A DNA stretch of 64,000 bases from Arcobacteraceae bacterium. Its GTDB lineage: Bacteria; Campylobacterota; Campylobacteria; Campylobacterales; Arcobacteraceae. The notes below the pieces were generated by a model. It was not told where the DNA came from. It ran no database searches and was given only the letters and a program-made list of their open reading frames with translations. A program made the translations under genes and the position numbers. Where the stretch lies: the NCBI GenBank assembly GCA_963662945.1, contig OY759974.1, positions 1,248,001 to 1,312,000 on the forward strand, written 5' to 3'. Below, piece after piece: positions 45,039 through 54,538 of the stretch. Position 1 is the stretch's first letter; each line of letters opens with the position of its first letter.

Positions 45039-46226
45039 ATGAATATTTTACAATTAATAGGTCGAAATAAAACACTTTTTCTTGATGATATTAAGCAAAC
45101 TACTATAGAGTTAACAAAGGTTGTATCTAATTCTAGCTTTTTAGTATTAGGTGGTGCTGGAAGTATTGGGCAAGCAGTAACAAAAGAAATATTTAAAAGA
45201 AATCCAAAGAAACTACATGTAGTGGATATTTCTGAAAATAATATGGTTGAATTAGTTAGAGATATAAGAAGTAGTTTTGGTTATATTAATGGAGATTTTC
45301 AAACTTTTGCATTGGATATCGGTAGTATAGAATATGATGGCTTTATAAAAGCAGATGGGAAATATGATTATGTGTTAAATCTTTCAGCACTAAAACATGT
45401 ACGAAGTGAAAAAGATCCTTTCACTCTTATGCGTATGATCAATGTTAATATTTTTAATACAGATAAAACACTTCAACAATCAATTGACAATGAAGTGAAA
45501 AAATATTTTTGTGTAAGTACAGATAAAGCAGCAAATCCTGTTAATATGATGGGTGCAAGTAAACGAATTATGGAAATGTTTGTTATGAGAAAATCGAAGC
45601 AGATTAATGTTTCTATGGCAAGATTTGCGAATGTTGCTTTTAGTGATGGAAGTTTACTTCATGGATTTGATCAAAGAATAAAAAAACAACAACCAATTGT
45701 AGCTCCAAATGATATAAAAAGGTATTTTGTAACACCTCAAGAGAGTGGAGAACTGTGTCTAATGTCATGTATTTTTGGGGAAAATAGAGATATCTTTTTC
45801 CCAAAATTAAGTGAAAATCTCCATTTAATTTCTTTTGCTGATATAGCTATAAAATATCTTAAAAACTTAAGTTATGAACCATATCTTTGCAATACAGAAG
45901 AAGAAGCAAGAGAATTATCAAAAACATTACCACAAAGTGGGAAATGGCCTTGTTTATTTACTTCAAGTGATACAACAGGAGAAAAAGACTTTGAAGAATT
46001 TTTTACAGAAAATGAAACCCTAGATATGGATAAATTTTTTAATCTTGGAGTGATTAAAAATGAACCTCTATTTGACGAAGATAAGTTAAATCATTTTGAG
46101 CATACTATTAAAAATTTCCAACATAAATTATTATGGACAAAAGAAGATATAGTTAAAGAGTTTTTTACTATGATCCCAGATTTTGGTCACAAAGAAACTG
46201 GAAAATATCTTGATGGAAAAATGTAA
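45039..46226 (+). CDS. legB: NDP-GlcNAc 4,6-dehydratase (LegB/LgaA)
   Basis: GGAGSIG, SALKHVRSE, STDKAANP...MGASK, RFANV. Confidence 0.88.
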   Translation: MNILQLIGRNKTLFLDDIKQTTIELTKVVSNSSFLVLGGAGSIGQAVTKEIFKRNPKKLHVVDISENNMVELVRDIRSSFGYINGDFQTFALDIGSIEYDGFIKADGKYDYVLNLSALKHVRSEKDPFTLMRMINVNIFNTDKTLQQSIDNEVKKYFCVSTDKAANPVNMMGASKRIMEMFVMRKSKQINVSMARFANVAFSDGSLLHGFDQRIKKQQPIVAPNDIKRYFVTPQESGELCLMSCIFGENRDIFFPKLSENLHLISFADIAIKYLKNLSYEPYLCNTEEEARELSKTLPQSGKWPCLFTSSDTTGEKDFEEFFTENETLDMDKFFNLGVIKNEPLFDEDKLNHFEHTIKNFQHKLLWTKEDIVKEFFTMIPDFGHKETGKYLDGKM

Positions 46227-47366
46227 ATGGAAAAAATAGTTCAATTTATACAAAATACTTTTAAGACAAAAAATTTTGTTCCTTTACATGAACCAAGGTT
46301 TTTGGGTAATGAAAAACTATATCTTAATGATTGTATAGACTCTACATTTGTTTCTAGTGTTGGAAAATATGTTGATAAATTTGAAGAAGAATTTGCCAAA
46401 TTTGTTGGTAGTAAATATGCCGTTGCTACAGTAAATGGAACATCTGCTTTACATATTTCTTTATTACTTGCTGATGTGAATGAAAATGATGAAGTTTTAA
46501 CACAGCCATTAACTTTTATTGCAACATGTAATGCAATAAGTTATTGTCGTGCGAAACCAATTTTTATAGATGTAGATATTGACACTATGGGAATGTCAGC
46601 AATAATTTTAAATAAATTTTTGGAAGAAAATTGTGAATTACTTGATAATAAATGTATAAATAAAACGACTGGAAAAACAATAAAAGCTTGTGTTCCAATG
46701 CATACCTTTGGTCATCCTTGTAAAATAGATGAAATACAAAACATTTGTAAAAAATGGAAAATTACTTTGGTAGAAGATAGTGCTGAAAGTCTAGGCTCTT
46801 TTTATAAAGAACAACATACTGGAACTTTTGGAAAACTTGGAGCTTTTTCTTTTAATGGGAATAAAATAATTACTTCTGGTGGGGGTGGAGTAATTGTTAC
46901 AGATGATGAAAAATTAGCCAAAAGAGCAAAGCATTTAACTACAACTGCAAAAATACCACATCCTTTTGAATATATTCATGATGAGATAGGATACAATTAT
47001 AGAATGCCAAATCTTAATGCTGCACTATTAGTAGCCCAGCTTGAACAATTAGATAATTTTTTAAAAAACAAAAAATTATTAACACATCGGTATAGAGATT
47101 TTTTTAATTCTATAGAAAATATAAAATTTGTTGAAGAACCTCAAAATTCAAATTCCAATTATTGGCTACAAGCTGTAATCTTAGATAACTTAGAAGAAAG
47201 AGATCGATTCTTGGAATTTACAAATAAAAATGGTGTTATGACAAGACCAATTTGGAAACTTATGAATGAACTACCAATGTTTCAAGAATTTCAAACAACA
47301 ACTCTAGATAACGCTAAATATTTAGAACAAAGAGTTGTTAATATCCCAAGTAGTGTGATTTTATAA
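46227..47366 (+). CDS. legC: LegC-family PLP aminotransferase
   Basis: PLHEP, EDSAESLG, SFNGNKIITSGGGG, YNYRMPN. Confidence 0.92.
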   Translation: MEKIVQFIQNTFKTKNFVPLHEPRFLGNEKLYLNDCIDSTFVSSVGKYVDKFEEEFAKFVGSKYAVATVNGTSALHISLLLADVNENDEVLTQPLTFIATCNAISYCRAKPIFIDVDIDTMGMSAIILNKFLEENCELLDNKCINKTTGKTIKACVPMHTFGHPCKIDEIQNICKKWKITLVEDSAESLGSFYKEQHTGTFGKLGAFSFNGNKIITSGGGGVIVTDDEKLAKRAKHLTTTAKIPHPFEYIHDEIGYNYRMPNLNAALLVAQLEQLDNFLKNKKLLTHRYRDFFNSIENIKFVEEPQNSNSNYWLQAVILDNLEERDRFLEFTNKNGVMTRPIWKLMNELPMFQEFQTTTLDNAKYLEQRVVNIPSSVIL

Positions 47367-47944
47367 TGGAAAAAGAAAAAATAGTTTTAATTGGTGGTGG
47401 TGGACATTGTCACAGTGTGATTGATGTCATAGAACAAGAAAATAAATATGAAATCATAGGAGTTGTGGATAAAAAAGAATTAATTGGTACAAAAGTTTTA
47501 AATTATGACATTATAGGTTGTGATGACGATTTACCAAAGATATTTAAAATTTGTCAGAATGCTGTCATTTCAGTTGGACAAATACAATCTTCTTTAGTAA
47601 GAGAAAAACTATTTAAAGTTGCTAAGAAAATAGGTTTTTCTTTACCTATAATTATTTCTCCTCTTGCCTATGTATCTAAACATGCTAAAATAAAAGAAGG
47701 GACTGTTATAATGCATCATGTGCTAGTTAATGCAAATGCTGCCATAGGAGAAAATTGCATAATAAATACTAAAGCATTGATAGAACATGATTCAATTATT
47801 GAAGATAATTGTCATATTTCAACAGCTTCTGTTATAAATGGCGGTGTAAATGTTAAAAATGGAACTTTTTATGGAAGTAATGCTACATCAAAAGAATATA
47901 TAGAAGTTGTAGGTTTTATAAAAGCTGGGAGTCTAGTAAAGTGA
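47366..47944 (+). CDS. NeuD/PglD-family hexapeptide N-acetyltransferase
   Basis: GGGGH, left-handed beta-helix repeats, IEHD. Confidence 0.88.
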   Translation: MEKEKIVLIGGGGHCHSVIDVIEQENKYEIIGVVDKKELIGTKVLNYDIIGCDDDLPKIFKICQNAVISVGQIQSSLVREKLFKVAKKIGFSLPIIISPLAYVSKHAKIKEGTVIMHHVLVNANAAIGENCIINTKALIEHDSIIEDNCHISTASVINGGVNVKNGTFYGSNATSKEYIEVVGFIKAGSLVK

Positions 47945-48936
47945 GTGTATTTATAATTGCAGAAGCAGGAGTTAATCATAACGGTTCAATAAAATTGGCA
48001 AAACAATTAATTGATGTTGCAGTTAATAGTGGAGCTGATGCTGTAAAATTTCAAACATTTAAAACAGAAAATTTGGTCTCAAAAAATGCACAAAAGGCAG
48101 ATTATCAAAAAGAGACTACTAATGCAAATGAAACACAGTTTAATATGATTAAAAAGCTTGAACTTGATGTAGAAACACATAAAGCATTAATAACTTATTG
48201 CAATGAAAAAAATATTATGTTCCTTTCAACACCTTTTGATAATGACAGTATTGAGTTACTTAATGTTCTAGGTCTAGAAATTTTTAAAATACCTAGTGGT
48301 GAGATTACAAATTTACCATATTTAAGAAAAATTGGACAATTAAAGAAAAGAGTTATTTTATCAACAGGTATGGCTGATATTGGGGAAATAGAAGATGCAT
48401 TGGATATACTGATTCAATCAGGTGCAAAAAAAGAAGATATTATCATACTTCATGCCAACACAATGTACCCGACACCTTATGAAGATGTCAATTTAAAAGC
48501 AATGGTTACAATAGGAAAAACTTTTGATATCAAATATGGTTATAGTGACCATACACTGGGTATAGAAGTGGATGTCGCAGCTGTAGCACTTGGAGCTTGC
48601 TGTATTGAAAAACATTTTACATTAGATAAAAATATGGAAGGACCAGACCATAAAGCGAGTTTAGAACCAGATGAATTGAAATATATGGTTCAAACCATTA
48701 GAAATGTAGAATTAGCATTGGGTAGTGGCATAAAAAAACCTAGTCCAAGTGAACAACCAAATATTCAAATAGCACGAAAATCTATTGTTGCAAATTGTGA
48801 TATAGAAATAGGAGATATTTTTACAGAAAATAATATCACCATTAAAAGACCAGGTAATGGAATCAATCCTATGAGATGGGATGAAATTCTTGGTACGTAT
48901 GCAACTAAAAATTATAAAGCAGATGAATTAATATGA
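47941..48936 (+). CDS. legI: Nonulosonic acid (legionaminate) synthase, NeuB family
   Basis: IIAEAGVNHNG, KFQTF, YSDHTLG, IEKHFTLD, KRPGNG. Confidence 0.92.
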   Translation: MSVFIIAEAGVNHNGSIKLAKQLIDVAVNSGADAVKFQTFKTENLVSKNAQKADYQKETTNANETQFNMIKKLELDVETHKALITYCNEKNIMFLSTPFDNDSIELLNVLGLEIFKIPSGEITNLPYLRKIGQLKKRVILSTGMADIGEIEDALDILIQSGAKKEDIIILHANTMYPTPYEDVNLKAMVTIGKTFDIKYGYSDHTLGIEVDVAAVALGACCIEKHFTLDKNMEGPDHKASLEPDELKYMVQTIRNVELALGSGIKKPSPSEQPNIQIARKSIVANCDIEIGDIFTENNITIKRPGNGINPMRWDEILGTYATKNYKADELI

Positions 48937-50084
48937 AAAAAGTTTGTGTAATTACAGGAACTAGAGCTGAGTATGGTCTCCTTTATTGGTTAATGAAAGG
49001 TATTGAACTAGATCAAGAATTACAACTTCAATTAATCGTTACGGGAATGCATTTAAGTCCTGAATTTGGTCTCACTTATAAAGAAATAGAAAAAGAGTTT
49101 ACAATAAATAAAAAAATTGAAATGTTATTATCTTCAGATACTGCTGTAGGAATTTCAAAATCTATGGGATTAGCTCAAATTTCTTTTTCTGAAGCATATG
49201 AAGAATTAAAACCAGATATGATAGTAGTTTTAGGAGATAGATATGAAATTTTTTCTGCTGTAAGTGCTGCTATGATAGCTTGTATTCCAATAGCACATCT
49301 TCATGGTGGAGAAAGAACAGAAGGTGCATTTGATGAAACAATAAGACATTGTATCACTAAAATGAGTTATCTTCATTTTACTTCTACAGAAGAATATAGA
49401 ACTAGAGTCATTCAATTAGGAGAAAATCCTAACCGTGTTTTTAATGTTGGTGGACTGGGTATTGAAAATATTAAACGTTTAGCTCTTTTCTCTAAAACCG
49501 AATTTGAAAAATCAATCAATTTTAAATTAAATAAAAAAAATATTCTTGTTACTTTTCATCCTGTAACTCTCGAAAATTCTACATCACAAGAACAATTTCA
49601 AGAATTACTAAATGCAATAGATGAACTACAAGATACAAATATAATTTTTACAAAAGCAAATAGTGATACTAATGGTAGGATTATTAATAAAATGATTGAA
49701 GAATATGTTTCAACTAATAGACATAAATCTATAGAATTTACATCACTTGGTCAATTACGATATTTGAGTGCTTTACAATATGTTGATGCAGTTGTAGGAA
49801 ATAGCTCAAGCGGTATCTTAGAAGCACCATCTTTTAAACTTGGTACAATCAATATTGGGGATAGACAAAAAGGCAGACTACAAACAAATAGCATCATTAA
49901 CTGTAATCCCATCAAAAATGATATTATTAGTGCATTTAAGACATTATACTCGTCAGAATTCCAAACTGAATTAAAAACTGTAAAAAATATTTACGGGGAG
50001 GGTGATACAAGCACTAAGATCATTACTATTTTACACCAATTTAAATGGAATAAATCTTTGAAAAAATCTTTTTTTGATATATAA
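48933..50084 (+). CDS. legG: Hydrolysing NDP-sugar 2-epimerase, NeuC family
   Basis: TGTRAEYG, LGDRYE, HLHGGE, GNSSSG, IGDRQKGR. Confidence 0.92.
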   Translation: MKKVCVITGTRAEYGLLYWLMKGIELDQELQLQLIVTGMHLSPEFGLTYKEIEKEFTINKKIEMLLSSDTAVGISKSMGLAQISFSEAYEELKPDMIVVLGDRYEIFSAVSAAMIACIPIAHLHGGERTEGAFDETIRHCITKMSYLHFTSTEEYRTRVIQLGENPNRVFNVGGLGIENIKRLALFSKTEFEKSINFKLNKKNILVTFHPVTLENSTSQEQFQELLNAIDELQDTNIIFTKANSDTNGRIINKMIEEYVSTNRHKSIEFTSLGQLRYLSALQYVDAVVGNSSSGILEAPSFKLGTINIGDRQKGRLQTNSIINCNPIKNDIISAFKTLYSSEFQTELKTVKNIYGEGDTSTKIITILHQFKWNKSLKKSFFDI

Positions 50085-50099
50085 TATCAAAATGTAAAT

Positions 50100-50672
50100 T
50101 TATTGTTTATCCTCAGTATAAATGTAATAAGAATAAATAATATGATCAAAAATCATATGTAAATCTTCAACTAACCCATATTCATTCTTTGCTGTCTGTA
50201 TATGATACACGATATCTGACATATCTTTTAATTCTCCACCATCAAAACCAGTAAGTCCTATTACTGTAGTTCCTACGCTTTTTGCATATTTTACAGCATT
50301 TACTATATTTGGAGAATTTCCACTACATGAGATAGCTATTAAAACATCATTCTTGAAAATTCTATCTTTAATTTGTTCATAAAAAATATTCTCATATCCA
50401 ATATCATTTGCTAGTGCTGTTACTACAGACATATTATCAGATAAACTTTCTATATTAAAGTTTTTAATATTCCTTCTTTTAAGTCCGACCCCTAAATCAT
50501 TTACAATATGAGATGCCGTTGCGGCACTTCCACCATTACCAATTACATATATCTTATCCTGTTTACAATCTAAACTATCTAGTTTTTTAAGAATAGTCTC
50601 TAAAACATCTCTGTCAATGTTTTCCAATAAATATGTCAATTTTTTTATGTAACCATCAATAAAAGTTTTTAT
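50100..50672 (-). CDS. gmhA: GmhA-like SIS-domain phosphosugar isomerase (apparent ATA start; next canonical start TTG 50639)
   Basis: GNGGSAATASH, TALANDIGYE, ISCSGNSPN, LTGFDGG, VEDLH. Confidence 0.85.
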   Translation of the reverse strand: MKTFIDGYIKKLTYLLENIDRDVLETILKKLDSLDCKQDKIYVIGNGGSAATASHIVNDLGVGLKRRNIKNFNIESLSDNMSVVTALANDIGYENIFYEQIKDRIFKNDVLIAISCSGNSPNIVNAVKYAKSVGTTVIGLTGFDGGELKDMSDIVYHIQTAKNEYGLVEDLHMIFDHIIYSYYIYTEDKQ

Positions 50673-50697
50673 GGTACTGTCCTTTTATAAAAATATT

Positions 50698-50720
50698 TGT
50701 TATACTTCGATATTATATCA
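50698..50720. promoter_or_regulatory. Overlapping divergent extended -10 promoters
   Basis: TGtTATACT on + (50698-50706) and TGaTATAAT on - (50712-50720) in the 75-bp gap between divergent genes. Confidence 0.5.
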
Positions 50721-50747
50721 TAATAAAATCTAATAAAAAGGTTAAAG

Positions 50748-52163
50748 ATGAATATAGAAGATACATACTATCTAAATTATGATGAAGCATTAAAAATAGC
50801 AAAACAAAATAATAAAATAAATAATAATAAATATATTCATCAAATTTGTTATTTTAATGGAACTCAAGATATTGATAACCTTCCTAATCTAAAACCTTTG
50901 CCTATAGATAATATTGTTGATACTTTGGCAGTTTCAATACTAAGAATACCATCAAAAATCAACTTTAATGGTATAGATATATCAGAAGATATACAAAATG
51001 AAATCAAACATAATTTTTATCTAGCCACAGAAAAAGCAGAAATCTTAAAAAAAGAAGTTGCAAAATACTATAGAGAAACCTATTTACAAAGTAAATTAGA
51101 TTTTAATGAAAAAACACGTTTTTTTTTAATGGGAAATTCCAATACGGAAGTTATGCAATATGTTTCAAAAAATATTGTTACAGCATTACAAGAATTAAAT
51201 TATGAAGTTTACTATCAAGAAATAACAGGGATAGAAGATAATATATCAATATTAAATGAATTTTATCAATTTAATCCACATGTTACTATCAACATCAATC
51301 ATCTCAGTAATGAATTTTTAAATGACGATGTTTTTAACTTTGTATGGTTTCAAGACCCTATGCCAATTTTATTAGATGACTCTGTAGTAAGATTAAGAAA
51401 AAGAGACTATCTTTACTCCTTAGTTAATGTATTAGATTCATTTTTAAATAGAAAACATCTTCCATTTAAACGACAAAGTTTTTGTGTGAATAAAAATATC
51501 TTTTATAACAATGCGGATATTCAAAGAGATAAAAAAATTATTTTCATAGGAAGTTCATATTTAAGTATGATTCCTTCAGATAATAATACAAAACTATTAG
51601 TTGATGATATCGTAGAGATTTTTAATCAGGGAGAATCTTTTTCTCCAGAAGTAATAAACAAATTATCTCAAAAATTTAATATAGATAAAGATTTAATTAC
51701 AACGAGAATTATACCTTATGTTATTAGAGATTTTAGTGTTTTAAATTTATGTGAACTCAAAACCCCTTATACAGTTGAAATTTATGGGAATGGATGGGAA
51801 AGCTATCCAAAAATCAAATCCTTTTATCATGGAGTTTTAGACTATGGGAAAAAACTTTCAGATGTATATAATACAGCTACTTTTGTTTTTGCTCCACATC
51901 AAAATTATATATTACAACAAAGAACCCTAGAAGGTGCTGCTTGTGGAGCAATACCAATTCTATATGACTGTAGAGAAATTAGTGACGAAAAAACATATGA
52001 AGAAGCAATATGTTATTTCAAAACAAAAGCAGAGTTAGAACATATACTAAATAATGAAAAGTCCTTAAAAAAAGACTTGTCCAATTTAGTAAATGATAAT
52101 ACCTATCATTCATTTGTCAATAAAATACTTGAAGTTATTAAGGAACAAGAAAATGTCAGATAA
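50748..52163 (+). CDS. Putative glycosyltransferase (CgeB/Glyco_trans_1_2-like C-terminus)
   Basis: WFQDP, IIFIGS, IYGNGW, VYNTA, QRTLEGAACG. Confidence 0.65.
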   Translation: MNIEDTYYLNYDEALKIAKQNNKINNNKYIHQICYFNGTQDIDNLPNLKPLPIDNIVDTLAVSILRIPSKINFNGIDISEDIQNEIKHNFYLATEKAEILKKEVAKYYRETYLQSKLDFNEKTRFFLMGNSNTEVMQYVSKNIVTALQELNYEVYYQEITGIEDNISILNEFYQFNPHVTININHLSNEFLNDDVFNFVWFQDPMPILLDDSVVRLRKRDYLYSLVNVLDSFLNRKHLPFKRQSFCVNKNIFYNNADIQRDKKIIFIGSSYLSMIPSDNNTKLLVDDIVEIFNQGESFSPEVINKLSQKFNIDKDLITTRIIPYVIRDFSVLNLCELKTPYTVEIYGNGWESYPKIKSFYHGVLDYGKKLSDVYNTATFVFAPHQNYILQQRTLEGAACGAIPILYDCREISDEKTYEEAICYFKTKAELEHILNNEKSLKKDLSNLVNDNTYHSFVNKILEVIKEQENVR

Positions 52164-53247
52164 ATACAATATAGATAGTCATAAGCTTATATATCATCCA
52201 AATAGGGTTTCTCAATGGCTAGAGTCTGACAGTAATTGGAACAAACAAAAAAATATTTACCCTATATATGTTGAAATCACACCTATTGGTTCTTGTAATC
52301 ATAGATGTACTTTTTGCTCGGTTGATTATATAGGATATAAAAGTATTAAGCAAGATGAAAAAATTCTTGAAACACGTATTCGAGAGATGGGAAGACTTGG
52401 TGTAAAAAGTATAATGTTTGCAGGAGAAGGGGAACCTACTTTATATAAGCCTTTAACTCATATTTTAGACGTGTGTAGTGAATCAGGAATTGATACATCT
52501 CTTACTACAAATGCTCTCGCTATGAACACAAAGAGCATGCATAATTATATGAAAAATTGCAAATGGATAAAAGTAAGTATCAATGCAGGAGATAAAGAAA
52601 CTTATGCAAAAGTACATCAAACGAAAGAAGATGATTTTGATAAAGTTGTTCACAATCTAACGTATATGTCTAAAATTAAAAAAGAAAATGGTTACAAATG
52701 TACGGTTGGCTCTCAAATGCTTTTGCTTCCAGAAAATAAAGACAGTACACTATCCCTTGCTAGAAAAATGAAAGATGCAGGAGTTGATTATCTCGTGATA
52801 AAACCTTACACTCAAAGTTTATATGGAACATCAAGAGTTTATGAAGGTTTAACGTATGAGAATATGATGTATCTCGAAACTGAACTAAAAAAAATAGAAA
52901 CAGAAAATTTCAAAATTATTTTTAGAGCCAATACTATGAAAAAACTCGAAGAAGAATCTCAACCATATAAAAAATGTTATTCGACACCTTATTTTTGGTC
53001 ATATATTATGGCAGATGGTTCAGTGTATGGTTGTAGTGCTTATCTACAAAATGATAAATTTAATTATGGCAATATTAATAATCAGACTTTTCAAGAGATA
53101 TGGGAAGGTAATAAGCGTAAACAAGGTATCACTTTTATAGAAAATAATCTTGATATTTCAATGTGTCGAAAAAATTGTCGTATGGATGAAGTAAATAGAT
53201 ATTTATGGAATTTAAAAAACCCAACATCACATGTAAATTTTATATAG
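52153..53247 (+). CDS. Radical SAM enzyme with Twitch/SPASM-type C-terminal domain
   Basis: CNHRCTFC, GEGEP, C-x18-C ... CRKNC; ATG 52153 behind AGGA. Confidence 0.9.
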   Translation: MSDKYNIDSHKLIYHPNRVSQWLESDSNWNKQKNIYPIYVEITPIGSCNHRCTFCSVDYIGYKSIKQDEKILETRIREMGRLGVKSIMFAGEGEPTLYKPLTHILDVCSESGIDTSLTTNALAMNTKSMHNYMKNCKWIKVSINAGDKETYAKVHQTKEDDFDKVVHNLTYMSKIKKENGYKCTVGSQMLLLPENKDSTLSLARKMKDAGVDYLVIKPYTQSLYGTSRVYEGLTYENMMYLETELKKIETENFKIIFRANTMKKLEEESQPYKKCYSTPYFWSYIMADGSVYGCSAYLQNDKFNYGNINNQTFQEIWEGNKRKQGITFIENNLDISMCRKNCRMDEVNRYLWNLKNPTSHVNFI

Positions 53248-53259
53248 GAATCAATTAAA

Positions 53260-54057
53260 ATGTTAATAGCAAAAGATATTCGAAAAAAAACAATTAAATT
53301 ATCTTGTGATACGGGTGCCGGTCATTTGGCACCAGCGTTATCTACTATTGAAATTTTAACTGTCATGTTTAATAAATATTTGCGATATAATAAAAATAAT
53401 CCTAAAGATGAAAGCCGCGATAGGTTTATAATGAGTAAGGGACATGGTGCTTATGCATATTATATTATATTAAATGAATTGGGATTTTTACCAGATATTG
53501 AACTTCAAAATTTCAATACAGAAAAGGCCTCCATTAAAGGTTGTTTAGTTGAGAATAAAGAATATATGATAGAAGCTTCCACTGGCTCGTTAGGTCATGG
53601 TTTACCCATTGCTGTAGGGATGGCACAATCCTTTAAAATACAAAACAAACCCAATAAGGTCATTTGTATGATAGGAGATGGGGAGATGCAGGAGGGCAGT
53701 AATTTTGAAGCGCTTATGTTAGCCCATAGATTTAAACTCGATAATTTATTTGTTATAATTGATGCAAATGATTTACAGGCTATGGGAAGAGTTGAGGATA
53801 TTGCATTATCTAATGATAGGTTATCAAAAGTTTTAAGTAGTTTTATTGATACAAATTATTTTGATATAGATGGACATAATGAAGAGGATATAGATAGATG
53901 TTTCAATCAATTTTATAAAGGTGTTAGTGACAACTTTTCAATATTATTTGCTCGAACTATTAAAGGGAAAGGGATAGATATTTTAGAGCATTCTGAACAA
54001 CATCATTTTCGATGTCCAACTTTGGATGGATATACTTTGGAGTTAGACAATGAATAA
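53260..54057 (+). CDS. Transketolase N-terminal (TPP-binding) subunit
   Basis: GHLAP, DRFIMSKGH, STGSLGHG, GDGEMQEG...N, TIKGKG. Confidence 0.92.
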   Translation: MLIAKDIRKKTIKLSCDTGAGHLAPALSTIEILTVMFNKYLRYNKNNPKDESRDRFIMSKGHGAYAYYIILNELGFLPDIELQNFNTEKASIKGCLVENKEYMIEASTGSLGHGLPIAVGMAQSFKIQNKPNKVICMIGDGEMQEGSNFEALMLAHRFKLDNLFVIIDANDLQAMGRVEDIALSNDRLSKVLSSFIDTNYFDIDGHNEEDIDRCFNQFYKGVSDNFSILFARTIKGKGIDILEHSEQHHFRCPTLDGYTLELDNE

Positions 54058-54538
54058 GTTAATTTCAAAGCAAGACGTAATGAAAGAATTTTATAATTAC
54101 TTTAAAACAGATGATAACATGGTTCTTTTAGCAGGAGACATGGGCTTTGCTGTACTTGATTCATATTTTAATAATCATGAAAATAGAGCTTTTAATTCAG
54201 GAATCAACGAACAAGCAACTGTAAGTATGGCTGCTGGAATGGCAATGACAGGACTTACTCCTATTATCTATTCTCAAATACCTTTTATCACAATGAGAGC
54301 ATTTGAACAACTAAGATATGATATAAATGAACACAAATTGAATATTAAAATTATTGGTGTTGGTGCAGATAATTATTTTAGTGCACTAGGAAGAAGTCAT
54401 TGTATGGATGATGATGATATAAAACTTATTTCTATTCTTAAAAATATTTTAATAATATCACCAACAAAAGCTACTATAAAAAATGATATAAAACGTATGT
54501 TAGAATATAATGGTCCTGTTTATATGAGGTCCTTGTAG
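54050..54538 (+). CDS. Transketolase pyrimidine-binding subunit lacking the C-terminal domain
   Basis: GINEQ, AAGMA, RAFEQLR, GRSH, ends GPVYMRSL. Confidence 0.85.
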   Translation: MNKLISKQDVMKEFYNYFKTDDNMVLLAGDMGFAVLDSYFNNHENRAFNSGINEQATVSMAAGMAMTGLTPIIYSQIPFITMRAFEQLRYDINEHKLNIKIIGVGADNYFSALGRSHCMDDDDIKLISILKNILIISPTKATIKNDIKRMLEYNGPVYMRSL

